Part shown: piece by piece, positions 1-11,600 of the stretch
Layout of the letters: each line of letters starts with the position of its first letter
How positions within the stretch are numbered: the first letter of the stretch is position 1
From: Balanoglossus misakiensis
Taxonomy: Eukaryota > Animalia > Hemichordata
Reading direction: 5' to 3'
Length of the DNA stretch: 64,000 nucleotides
NCBI GenBank assembly: GCA_040954595.2
Contig: CM082589.2
Location: 1,665,910-1,729,909, forward strand
Position numbers and translations under genes: made by a program
The notes under the pieces: model-generated
What the model saw: only the letters and a program-made list of their open reading frames with translations
The model's database searches: none
What the model was told of the DNA's origin: nothing

Positions 1-40
1 TCTGATGTCACTTCAACCTTACCGCAACCACTGACTTTCA
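1..40 (-). CDS. CYB5R4: CYB5R4 exon 10, partial ([13 protein letters not shown])
   Basis: ttag| acceptor after a pyrimidine tract; GKVEV resembles the CS-domain C-terminal strand. Confidence 0.7.
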
Positions 41-3000
41 CTAAATTACAAAAGAAAGAAAAAATGCAATTTACTTTTAGTGTACACATTTGATTCTAGG
101 CAGTGAAAACTACAATGTTTCAAAAATCATTGTACATGTGCACTATCTTGCATTCAAAAATTACTCTGCATCAACCAAAAGCATCATCAATAACACTTAC
201 CTTCATAACTTGACTGAATCTCATCTTCTAACTCTGAAAATGAAGAAGCAATATGTGTAATTGTTTTCCTGTATGTGTATTCCTATGTATGCACTGATCC
301 ATGTGTATTTGAAATGCTATCATATGACTTAATACTTGTGCCCGTGAACACCAAGTCTACGAGCAACTGGGGACATTTTATTCAGAAATAGGCCAGTCAG
401 GCATCATGAAGGGAATATTCCCAAGGTATTTTTGTACATCATTGCTAGATGGAAATACTTACCCCAATGTAATTTGAAACTGTAATCTTCAATAAAAACA
501 ACAATTTGAAAATCCTTTCCTGTCTTGTCAATCAAAACCCTGTCATCTGTCATATTCTGTGAAGAAAAAAATCAGTAAACTTTCAAATTGATGAATTTTG
601 GTACTGTGAATATATGAACCCACTCTCAGACAGAGTGAGTATCCATATTCATAGAACAAAAATCATCAGAATGCATGGCAACCAAAGAAACACTTGGCGG
701 ACAACCGACTCACCTTCCATTTGGTGTAAATTACAACTGTTACTGTTGTCCCGGTCTGAAACCAATCATGCCTGCACACGAGATAAAAAAATGAATCATG
801 TCAATAATTATGTCACATCACAAATAGTAACTAAAGATCAGAACTGATATACATGTACTGTTAATTTAGGGGTATTATGGCAAATGACATATCTGGCAGC
901 AAGAATTTTCCAATTGTTTTACTCACCTTGGATTCCGCTTACTTGTATCTGAATTTGTCTGTGGTTCCTTGAATCCATCAACTTCAAGTTGTCCTGCAAA
1001 TAGAATCCAGATCAGTTCACTATGATACACATAGTTAAATGAAAGGTTATAAACAGCAAGTCAGGGTATTTGGTTGCAGATATAAGACCATTCAGGTGAA
1101 AATAAGCATACTTGGCAGGAAATATTATTATATGCAAAAAGTACTGAAATAAAGAAAGTGAACTCACCGTCTATGACAGGTTTATCTCTGATAGGTTTCA
1201 ATGATTTAGGCGTTACAGGGGATGGTGGTTTTAATCCAGTGAAGGACATTGTAGAGGCTGTGGGGAGAAACACAGAATGACAGTCAACTTTTGCGAACTC
1301 ATTTCCTACACGATTGTCTCTTCAGTATCAAAGCATTATTGGCTTCTATCTGATCTTTGACTTTATTCTTTTTGGTCAGATTTTCAAATGGAATTATTTT
1401 ATACTCCAAATGACTGTGTTGATGAGATGACAGTTGCGGAAATTATAGGAACTTACCAGGTCTGGATTGCTTGGACTCGGACACTAACTTCCCGACAAAA
1501 CATCTCTCCAGCATGGACTCATAATTCACCCATTTATGGACCTGTTGGGAAGAGACAGAAATGACATCATAAATAACACAGTCCTTCCATATTTCACGGT
1601 ACCATTGGCTGTTACTCGATGGAATACTGCGTCATTATCTTGTGTCACGTTCTACTGAAGCTACTATAGGTCTACTAGCAGTCGGCATCTGCTACCAACA
1701 TTTATTATAATGACTGAAGGCCATAGTGCATACAAAGAAAGGCTATCAAACCTATGCCATTTTCAGCTTTTGTGGGGATTAACTTGAATCTCCAGATTTA
1801 ATTTACAGAGAGGCATACATCTTGGCTCTGATTGGCTGATAGATATGACTAATCACTCCCATAATGAATGTGGAGATCAGATTAGGCCTGTTAAATTGTT
1901 AGTGAGTTAAGCTACCAAATTGTATCATATATCATGGAATTACTGTCCAATGAGGCCAATGGATGCAAAGTTTCAGTTGTACAATTTAAAACCCACGGTT
2001 CTAGGACAAAGCCTTCATACTAGGGCAGTCTCTGTGAAATAATAAGATCATGGATTGTACAACTGGGCATCAGGGCGTCAACATCACGTCTATATATCAT
2101 CGTTATATTACATGAAGTCAGTCAAGTCAGTGATAGACACCAGAGCTTATCAACCAAGCAATCACTACCACTGGGCACTAGGTGCAAATCTCCTATTTCA
2201 ATATACGTGGATAACATCCTTGACTGAATCTCAGAATACATACCTCATTAAACAGATCAGTTGCATCGACCCCCACACCACGCATCAACTCATCAATTCC
2301 CCCAGGATGGAATTCCATGTACGGCGTTATATTGTACACCCTACCTGTGAAGAAAATGAATATTTTATGAGACTTTGCATTTACTTCGAAGACAGGAAAC
2401 CATGGGAAAAAATAAGTCTGTTGTCTGATTCTGAGATTCATTTTAAAATGTATCATGGATTTGAAAAAAACAAGCTTTGAATGCACTCTTTTTGACCACA
2501 TAACCAGAAGGGGGCAAAAATATGTTTTAATTTTTACAAAGCATTCTACAGAGTTGCAAAACAACGATGTAGTCATGGAAACTGCACATAACAGAAAAAA
2601 ACAGAGTGACCATTAAAAATTCAATACATTGTTTCCATGGCAATATAGTGTGTACATGTGTATTGCATCAAAAAAGATTATTTTGCACATTTGTGTTCAA
2701 TGCTAAGCAGTTTGTTATAAAAGTGATAGAAGCCACTTGAGACAAACTTAATAGTACAGACAACCTTTATATGAAATAAATATGAAAAATAACAGGCTGT
2801 TTACTTGGGCTGCATAAAATCAGAATCGTTTAGGCTTTGAAACTAGACTAACAAAAAAGGCCATCTCCAATTTCCCTGTGAGTGCCATGGTCATATTCAG
2901 GGTCAAAATGCAGAAAAATCGAAAACAGCATTCTACATGCTGTGCAGAAATTCAATTACAGTTTTCTGTGTCTTTAGATTTCGTGACAAGAAAGGAGTGT

Positions 3001-4809
3001 TTCTGTACTGTCGAGTGGGCAGTCCTTACAATCTGTGGCATATTGAAACGCTGAGCTTTTGTACTGTCACATGAGTTGATGCATACTCAAAAACAACGAG
3101 ATGTTCATTTCTGGTTTATCTTAAATTTTAGCTTCAAATAATATGCTGGTACACACTGTAGGGGAGATTTTATGCTATTTTCATCATGGACCCTTGATAG
3201 CAACTAAGCAAAGACAAAATTCTTCAACTAAAGAAGTTATTAAGAGACAAATTAGTTTATGTTGCCCAAGGGACATCATTAGACAATTTTCGTCCAAATA
3301 AAAAAATGCCTCTTGCTTCACATGGTCTTCTGATCCAACCAGAATAAATAAATGTCGTTGCCTTGGTAGCCTTGGTTAGTATCCATGGTTACCGCAGGAG
3401 TCCGGAATTTCCTGATAGAGGCAAGCTATTGAATGTTTGAATACTTAGCTTCGGGGCAAAAAACACTGTTACGAGGGATTGTTTGACAGGTAGCTTGTGC
3501 TACCTCAGAGGATTTTTTTAAATCCTTTCATGGAACAGCACATTGACGCTCATTGTCAGTGTCATCTCTGTTGATATCAATGATTTCAGTTCAAACCTTT
3601 TTTACACTGACATTCTGTGTGTACGTGTTTATGTCTCTTTACCATGGTGATGTCAGCATCTACAGAGACACATTGGCTGTGGCCTTCAATGGTTTATTAT
3701 GGGCGATAGGACTGTCAACAAAATGACAAGTTTCATCACATCTGCGTTACACACGAAATGCCACACTAATAGGGATTGTGTTCCCCCTTTTTTCATCAGC
3801 ACTGTTTTTGTATAATATCAAGTAAGAACTATTTCATACTTATATTTACGTGCTTGTTATTTTTCTAAACAGACAATCACCTGTTCGCTAAGAGGAGAGA
3901 CATACAGTCTGTGCCAAACTGCATGTAACCATAGAAACAAATCAAGAGAGGGGTGACATGCCTGTCAAAGTGCTAAAATTAACCGTCATGCCTATAAGGC
4001 CCTAGGGAAACATCTCCCAGGGAAATAGCTGTATGCTATTGCCCCCATGGCCAGTAAATATACTGAGAAATAACAGGAATTTGTAGTTTAAATAAATTCA
4101 TATCCTTACCATTTAAACTGATCCATGCATCATCAACTTTATTGTGTTTAGCCAACTCCTCTGTTGTGACTTGTAATTTCCTTCCTCCAACACTGGTCAG
4201 GTCTTTTCCACTGCGTCCAAGTTTGATCCAATCCATCAGTGACCTGCCTGGCTTCAGTGCTACCTTAATCCGACCAGTGGATTGAACTGATCCAGCTGGG
4301 CTTCCCAGTCTTTGTGGGGAATTAGCTGCCGGAAACTGAGCCTAAGATTTTAAGCAGAGAAGGAGATAAATGTCTAATTACCTGCCAAGGTTATGTACAA
4401 TCATTATGAAATGTTTACTGTACATAGAATGAATTTCATTTAAAAAGTCATTTCATTGTTCATGTATGTGAAATATAAATAAATGCATTTGCCACGGAAA
4501 AAAGGAACAATTTCAGCTTTCATGTAAATTGTACCATAATAGTGTTTATGCTAAGAATGAGAAACATTGATAATGATTTGGGAAACCTGGCAACATTATC
4601 TTGGGTGAGAAATATGGCTTTAGAAAAGAATGGTTCAAGTTACCCTAAAACAAAATTACCATTTAGCAAATATCACTGCAAGACTCCAGACTCCCCCTCT
4701 TCTCTTCTCCTCCTCTCCATCCCTCTCTCTCTCCTCCCTCAAACACACTCACCTGTGGAACTGACAACCCTGTAGTTGTCGTTCTTGAACTTGAAGATTT
4801 GTTCGCCAT
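1..4809 (-). CDS. CYB5R4: Cytochrome b5 reductase 4 (NCB5OR), 5' portion; gene continues beyond window start
   Basis: Phase-consistent GT-AG exons: 4809-4753, 4341-4110, 2344-2244, 1541-1457, 1257-1168, 993-927, 771-714, 556-463, 233-201, 40-<1. The translation contains [16 protein letters not shown], the cytochrome b5 heme motif [14 protein letters not shown]...[11 protein letters not shown], and the CS-domain start [17 protein letters not shown], all diagnostic of CYB5R4. Confidence 0.93.
201..233 (-). CDS. CYB5R4: CYB5R4 exon 9 (33-nt small exon, [11 protein letters not shown])
   Basis: ttttcag|...|gtaagt, phase 1-1. Confidence 0.75.
463..556 (-). CDS. CYB5R4: CYB5R4 exon 8 (CS domain)
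   Basis: cag|...|gtaagt, phase 0-1, open frame [11 protein letters not shown]...FKLHW. Confidence 0.85.
714..771 (-). CDS. CYB5R4: CYB5R4 exon 7 (CS domain start, [19 protein letters not shown])
   Basis: CS/p23 signature DWFQT; cag|...|gtgagt. Confidence 0.9.
927..993 (-). CDS. CYB5R4: CYB5R4 exon 6 (linker)
   Basis: cag|...|gtgagt, phase 1-2, which is required to join exon 7. Confidence 0.8.
1168..1257 (-). CDS. CYB5R4: CYB5R4 exon 5 (linker)
   Basis: cag|...|gtgagt, 90 nt, phase 1-1, open frame. Confidence 0.75.
1457..1541 (-). CDS. CYB5R4: CYB5R4 exon 4 ([19 protein letters not shown]...)
   Basis: Second heme His; cag|...|gtaagt; phase consistent. Confidence 0.93.
2244..2344 (-). CDS. 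CYB5R4: CYB5R4 exon 3 ([33 protein letters not shown])
   Basis: HPGG heme-binding motif; cag| acceptor, |gtatgt donor. Confidence 0.95.
4110..4341 (-). CDS. CYB5R4: CYB5R4 exon 2 ([12 protein letters not shown]...[17 protein letters not shown]...DDAWISLNG)
   Basis: Acceptor ttag| (an alternative in-frame cag| lies 6 nt further in); donor G|gtaagg. Confidence 0.9.
4753..4809 (-). CDS. CYB5R4: CYB5R4 coding exon 1 ([19 protein letters not shown])
   Basis: ATG in context aagATGGCG; donor CAG|gtgagt; phase 0 fits exon 2. Confidence 0.75.
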
Positions 4810-5175
4810 CTTACTGTGATTTTGGTCGTAGTCAGATTCATCCCCGTCCAACAAGGAGTAGTGGCTATCTGTTGAAGTGGACGACCCGCAACCCAGTTTG
4901 AGAGAATTTCCGGGCTTATTTGCTGATAGGAGCTTCCCCAAATCAAGTTATATCGACCTACGTGATTTCTTTAGCGAAAACACAACGACATAAACAGTAC
5001 ACTGCAAACCACACTGCTTTCTGCTATTATGTGTGCGACCTATGACCCGATCAACCTTTGACCCCGTGTCACCAATTGGGGGCGCTGTCAGGATAAGATT
5101 ATTTACAAGAAACATACAATGATATGATACAAGAAATATGACAAAAAGGCATTATTTTGAGATTGTTTCACCATC

Positions 5176-5181
5176 TTTATT
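5176..5181 (-). terminator. Putative PRIM2 polyadenylation signal AATAAA
   Basis: tttatt on the + strand, ~250 nt downstream of the PRIM2 stop and upstream of the CYB5R4 start. Confidence 0.5.
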
Positions 5182-5433
5182 GTAGGAGATACAAAAAAAT
5201 GTAAGACGAACTTGACTATCAACTTTCATTCTCTATTTGTGAAGCAGACGATGGCAAAAAGGCAGAACATGACAGATTTGATTTCCACAAAAAATACAAG
5301 AATCTGAGACGTAAAATCTCTTCCGGGTATAACTACAGATGTTTGCAACATAAGAAAAGGGAGCCTGATACAGAAAATCTTATCAAAGGGTCAAAGTGCA
5401 AGTGCAGAGGTCAAAGTTCAATGGCAGCAACAG

Positions 5434-5609
5434 TTAAGTGTCTTTCTCGGCTGCTTGCATCATATCATCCAGTTCCTCATAGCTCATTTCCAATTCACCA
5501 AACTCATCTTCAACCTTATTCCTGACTTCTGGTGTCTGCTGGGAGTTCTGTGTGCTCCTCTGTGAATAAGGTGTACTCCTCTGAGAGAAATTTTGACTAG
5601 AGGCAAGGC
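5434..5609 (-). CDS. PRIM2: PRIM2 terminal exon 14 (acidic tail)
   Basis: aag| acceptor (weak), phase 1, open to TAA at 5436-5434; acidic tail [18 protein letters not shown]. Confidence 0.7.
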
Positions 5610-8600
5610 CTTGAAATATAAAAAATAAAAATAAAAATGATACATTTATGAATATAAATGATACAAGAGGATGAAAAATAAAAATAAAAATGATACATTT
5701 ATGAATATAAATGATACAAGAGGATGAAAAGGGTTTAACCCTTTCCCCACCATGGTTCAGTCCAAACCTATTGTTTTCTATGGTAAGGCTGGACCTCTGA
5801 AGAGGGAACTAGGGGTGAAAGGGTTTAATTTTCTTAAGGAGGTGCAGCCTCTCACCTTTTTTATCACCACTCGCTGGATTTAGAAGTCTCTGACTCTCAT
5901 CAAAATACTGATTGGGATGATTCAGTCCTAAACCAGAATCTTCAACCTGGACAAGCGAAGAAAGATAATCAGACATGTAAGCGGTAATATATTTGTCAAT
6001 CTTCATGAAATTCAGCTAATTTACATAAGTTCAAAAGTACCACATAGATATGTGAGTGCAACCAACTCACAGTAGGCTAAAGCATTTAACTTACATGATG
6101 TGTGTAGTCAAAATACTTTGTACATGCTAACTGGTAGTGGCCACCATTGACAAAAGTCATGATCTGGGAAAAGAGAAAAAGGGAAAATTGTTATCAAAAT
6201 TTCACTGTTAATAATGTAACATGTTTGTCTCAGCAACAGTGTATGTGCTCTGTCTGTTAGTGTCATTGATGGAAATTTGCCAAAGTGCAAAAAAATGAGA
6301 AGGCTAATTGATATCTCACCTCAGTTATTCCTTCCTTGGCAACACCGTAAGAAGTCAACCTTTGCTTCAAGAGACTGGCATCAGAATGACGAAATGGACA
6401 ACCTGAAATGAAATGTACAGAACACTTCAATGGATGTATATATGACCCCTTCATGACCAATACTGCAGTAAAACTGACCCACACATGACATGACCCTTCA
6501 CCCTTGAATGACATGACCTATCGATCATCTTACCATGGTGATCACCAGTTGCTGGTGTATTGTTCATGATGATCTTCATACAGCTGTACGGAGTGTAATC
6601 AGCTCTCTTTCCTTCTTTGCCATAGTTGTGACGGATGTTGTATGCATAGGACTTCTCAAACTGAAATAAAGAGGAAAAATCAAAATAGCATTAAATATGT
6701 TATTTTTTGATATTTACAATGTAAGTTGGGGCCATGTCAATGAAATTTTAAGTTTTCCATCCAAAGCCTTTGAAATTTCAACAGGCAAGTGATGTACAGT
6801 AAAAACTATGTTTTATTCCGTCTATCATTTGTATTCAAAGCCCAAGTATATGGTTAGTATAAATTCTAATCCTAATGTTTTTGTTTTAGATAAGTCCATC
6901 ATTTTAAATTCTAGAAACATTGAAATCAGAAAATAGAAACTAATAGACATTAATCTGATATTACATCGGAGTTATGAAAAACATGTAAATCAAAAAGTCA
7001 TCAGGAAATACATAAAAAAATCAAATTTAAAGTCTCACCAAAGTGTGAATTATATATAAAACCACAGTTGAGAGTTCAAGTACTACATAAAATGAAAATT
7101 ATTAAACTACCGGACGCGGTAATATCTGCCCTGCATTCAGAGAATACTGCATCTATAAAATTATGTTCAACTTTTATCCAGGTTACAATGAGTATTCTGT
7201 AATTATCTGATTGTAAGACACCAAGATCAATATTATTGAGTACTAAAATGTAAATAATTTACATAATGGAAGGGTTAGACTATGATATGAAATTACATGT
7301 AACACAACAGCTACACTACAATAACAGTTTTTGAGTAACTTTGATACTCTATTGAATAGGTACTGTATTAATCAAATCATTACAGGATTTTACGAACAAT
7401 GCAAAGCAATTTCAAGTTATTAGACCCCACAGGCACAAAGTAAAATGGTCTTCAAGTTATACATGTTTTGTTCTCAGGATATGAAAAATCTTATAATAAT
7501 GTTCAAACACATTCCAATCTTGGTCAGTCAAAAGTACTGTCCTGAAAGTCTAAGTAAGAATATCAAAACGAAGCTTGTTTATACAGGATTTCCAAAAAAA
7601 AATCAAGTTGCTTCAAGAAGCTCCATGAATTATTCACAGATGGTCTCAGGTATTTGACACAAATGCATGGATATGGATTAATATATCAGGATAATACATG
7701 TATTTGGAATTTTCAACTTTTTAAATCAATTATACTACTAGCTTTAGTCAATTATATTTCTGCATACTGTATCTTAGGATGGCATCTAGAAGTGTTTTAT
7801 GATGGGATATTATTTGTATTTCAAGAACACAACAGGAAATTGTTCCAAGTCAGTTCTGCTTTAGACATCACCAATGCAGAGGTGAGCTATTCTGTTATTT
7901 GTGTTGCTGTCCCTGCAGCTAAACAAGTCATTGTTGACATTGACTATGTCTTCACAGAACATACACTCTGATGCAGTGGTTTCCAAAGTCAGCCACAAAC
8001 AGCTTCGTGGGCACACAATCAGATACAACCATTCCTCTTGGGTAATTCAGTCCATCTTCCTTTCTATCAACACGGGATATGAATCTTCCACTGAAGTCAA
8101 ACTTCTGAATGCGATGACACAAATCAGTGACATACACATATCTGTCGGGGTCAAGACACACACCAGATGGACCACACAGCTGACCATCCCCTTTCCCTAG
8201 GATTCCAAATTTGTACAGGAACTGATCATCTGCATTGAATACCTGAACACGGTGATTCCCACAGTCTGCTACAAACAGTATTCCTTGGTTGTCCACCACC
8301 ATCATGAATGGTCCTTTGAATTCGCCATTGTTGTCACCATAGCTACCCAACGATTTGATGTACTGACCATCCTGTGTGTACTTTCTGATACAGTGTCCTG
8401 CAGTCTTGTCTGTGCCATCTCCAAACACTCCATCCCAGTCAGAAACATAAACAGCGCCATCTAGAGGGCTAATACAGATAGATCTTGGATTCTTCAGTTC
8501 AGTTTGTCCAAAGCATTTGATTACATTCCCATCCTCATCACTGACAACCACTTGTTCATTGTTCAAATCTGTCATGAAGTATCTGTTATCAGCTGATACA

Positions 8601-11600
8601 GCTACATCAATTGGAAAGAACTTCTTCTCAAACTTTGTAAACGTCAACGATTTCTTCCACTTCCCATCCATGCCAATAACTTCTATTCTGTTGTTATGAC
8701 AGTCAGCTACAACCAAATCTCCGTTTCTGTTGATGGCCAAACTGAAAGGATGGTTGAACTCTCCTTTACCACTGCCCAGCTTTCCCAGTGTTTTCACCAA
8801 TCCTTTGATGACATCAAATCCAAACGGTGATCCAGGTATTTTCTGATCTCCTATCACCATGGTAACTTTATACTTGCCCTCCATCTGTGTGTGAATAGTT
8901 GCAGTGTGTCTGCCATCTCCGTTGTCAATCACATCCCGATCTTCCTGAATTCCATTTGGCTTTGTGATTGTCACTTTCACTTCTTGTCTTGGGATGACTG
9001 TTTTCCCGGATTTATCCTTGGTTGTGATCACTACATCAACAGATTCACCTTTCAGGAGACTCTTCGGAATGTTGTCGACTGTACACTCTGCGATGCAAAC
9101 ATCAGACTTCACCAATCCCAGAATTCCATCTTTGGTAACATTATCAGATGGCACAAACTCAACTACTTCACATGTTATGTCTGGTTTGGTATCCATAGCA
9201 ACCAACTCTTCCATTTGGCTCATCACACTATTACCGGATGACACCAGCTGAGCTACTGTCCCATGATGCATCAGTGTTTCAACATAACTACAAGTGCTGA
9301 CAAGCTTTTCATAGTTCAGCTGAAGATCATCAATTTCAGCTTGAAGACCTTTGACTTCTAGGCTGCAGTTCAAGTTCAACTTCTCCACCAGCTGTTTTTC
9401 CTCTTTCTCTATCTTGTCAATGAGGGCACCCTTCTGTTTGGTGACTTTCGTTTTCTCTGCCATACACCCTTCTGTTACATTCTTACAGGCATCCCTAGAC
9501 ACTGCTGTGTTTTGGTCTACTTCTTGAGCTTTCACTTTCAACTTTTCAACCATTCTTGACATCTTCTTACTGAATTCATCAGCAACTTCTTGAAGATATC
9601 GATGGGCGTGATTGGGACTACGGTGATCAATTATGGTACACTCGTTACAGATTGGAATCTGACAGGTGTCACAGAAGTATTTGACTTCATTCTGGGAGTG
9701 AACTTTGCAGTTTTGGATTAGTTTTTGCTTCAATCTTCTACTCTCTCCTTTTTTGTATTCTTCTACTGTTAACACTTCATGCGTTGCAGCTTGCTTCAAC
9801 TTTTTGTGTATTTTTTCTAAGCAGACATCACAGTAATGCTGCTCACAATCAACACAAAACAAAGTAGCCTCAGCTTCTTCGCAAAACTCACAGTTTTTCT
9901 TTTCTTGTTGCCTGATCTCTTCTTTTCTACTCTCCACAACTTGTAAGAGGGAATTCATCAGGAAACTGTTGGTGAGTTTGGACACTCTGCCACCAGGAAG
10001 TTGGACTGGACTCTGACAAGTAGGGCAGAGCAGCCGACCAGTTTTCTCCACCAGTTTTTCCAGACAGGGAAGACAGAAGGAATGATAACAGGGTAGAATT
10101 TTTGGATTCTTGAACTGTTCCAGACATATTGGACAGGACAAGAAATCCTCGCCAATTTCGTCCAGAACTTCTTCAGGCGTTTTCGGTTTAGAGGCCGCCA
10201 TTACGATGCTTCTTTGAGTCACGAAGCGTTGATAATGATCACATGCCTAATTGTTGCACAGTGAATATAGGGTTGTTCTAGAGTGGTTACAATGCAATTC
10301 TGAGCTCAGAAAAATATGACGTGATCATTGATGTACAAAGTTCACATACTTCGGACAGCTCTGTGTTACTGTGCAAGTATGTTTGATTGTTTGTGATCAA
10401 AATTTTTAAGAGTGCAATTTTCTTATGCAAAGGCAAGGCAAAATGCATAATGCCATGATCTGTTTGTGTAAAAAATACTTCTGCATTCGTCAAATTCATC
10501 CAGAAACTTTTCAGGTGTTTTCAGTTTTGAAGCCGCCATTACAATGTTGTGTTGAGTCATGCAGTGTTGATACCGATCAGTGATCTGACCATATAGGGTC
10601 ACTCAGGTGCGGCTTTACTCAGAAGAGCGGGACCTGACCTACATACAATTGCAGGGTCATTGGCCAGAATTTCAGCATATGTGATTTTTGTGAACTCTTT
10701 GTCAACATGAATCAATTTTTGTTTTTCACCGTGTCAAGGTCAAGGTCACAAATTACACGCAAAATTCTATTTGAGAGGTCAATGAAAACAGGGATGTAGA
10801 TTTGTCTTGTAACAGGCAAGACAAGAGGAACTAACAGTCGGTCAAGGCCCATAAAATTTGGTCGTAAATATCTGGGTTTTTATGGGGTTTGGAAACATTC
10901 TAGCCGGTCACATGCTGAGTTCAGGCAGGTGTTTTGACCGGCTCCTATTTACATCGCTATGTAAAGTATGTCAAAAACTATCATAATTTATCTTAAATCA
11001 AGGAACATATTAAGGATTTCTTTGGTGAAATATAGTGCGTTCACCGATGTGAAAGGGTGTATTGTGGACAAATTCACTACAGCTGTCATGTGACTAACCT
11101 TGTCTGGATCCACCTTCTTGGTGAACTCTGACCTCCAAAATCTGAGCGCGTCTTCAAGCGTAATTCCAATCCCCTTGAGAAACAGACCATACTGCATACG
11201 CCCCCAGTGGCGCAAGTGATGCTCTTGCCGTAAGGATTCGTGCAACTGTCGCATACAGAGCGGAAACGACTTCTTGGACAGCTGTGAAAGGAGAAATTGC
11301 AAGTCTACATTTTAGAATCAATCTCCCACACTCACAAATGAATGATCCTGGACGATATTAAAATAAATTGAAATAAAAAAATTTCATCCTATGGGATAAA
11401 ATTCATGTATGTAATTCATGTTTAATACACAAAATAAACACTTTCAAAGTAAACCTGCTAACAAGTGAATAAATCAATAAACAAGGGAACGGGCCTACTG
11501 CACTTCCAAAGACAACAAACACTGAATGTTGATAGACCAATGAAAATACCAGGATTTGAGGTCATTGAGGGGTCATGCAAGTGACCAATCCGAAAGCCTG

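Noticed and set aside
4810-4941. In-frame open stretch upstream of the CYB5R4 ATG (TTG start)
   Set aside because: There is no in-frame ATG or homology, and the ATG at 4809 has a good context; probably 5'UTR or promoter.
7901-9251. Several plus-strand ORFs opposite the TRIM gene
   Set aside because: Antisense shadows of a long coding sequence, with no recognisable motifs.
10202-10222. GTG start of the 756-aa TRIM ORF
   Set aside because: In a eukaryote the first ATG (10201, gtaATGG) is the likely start.
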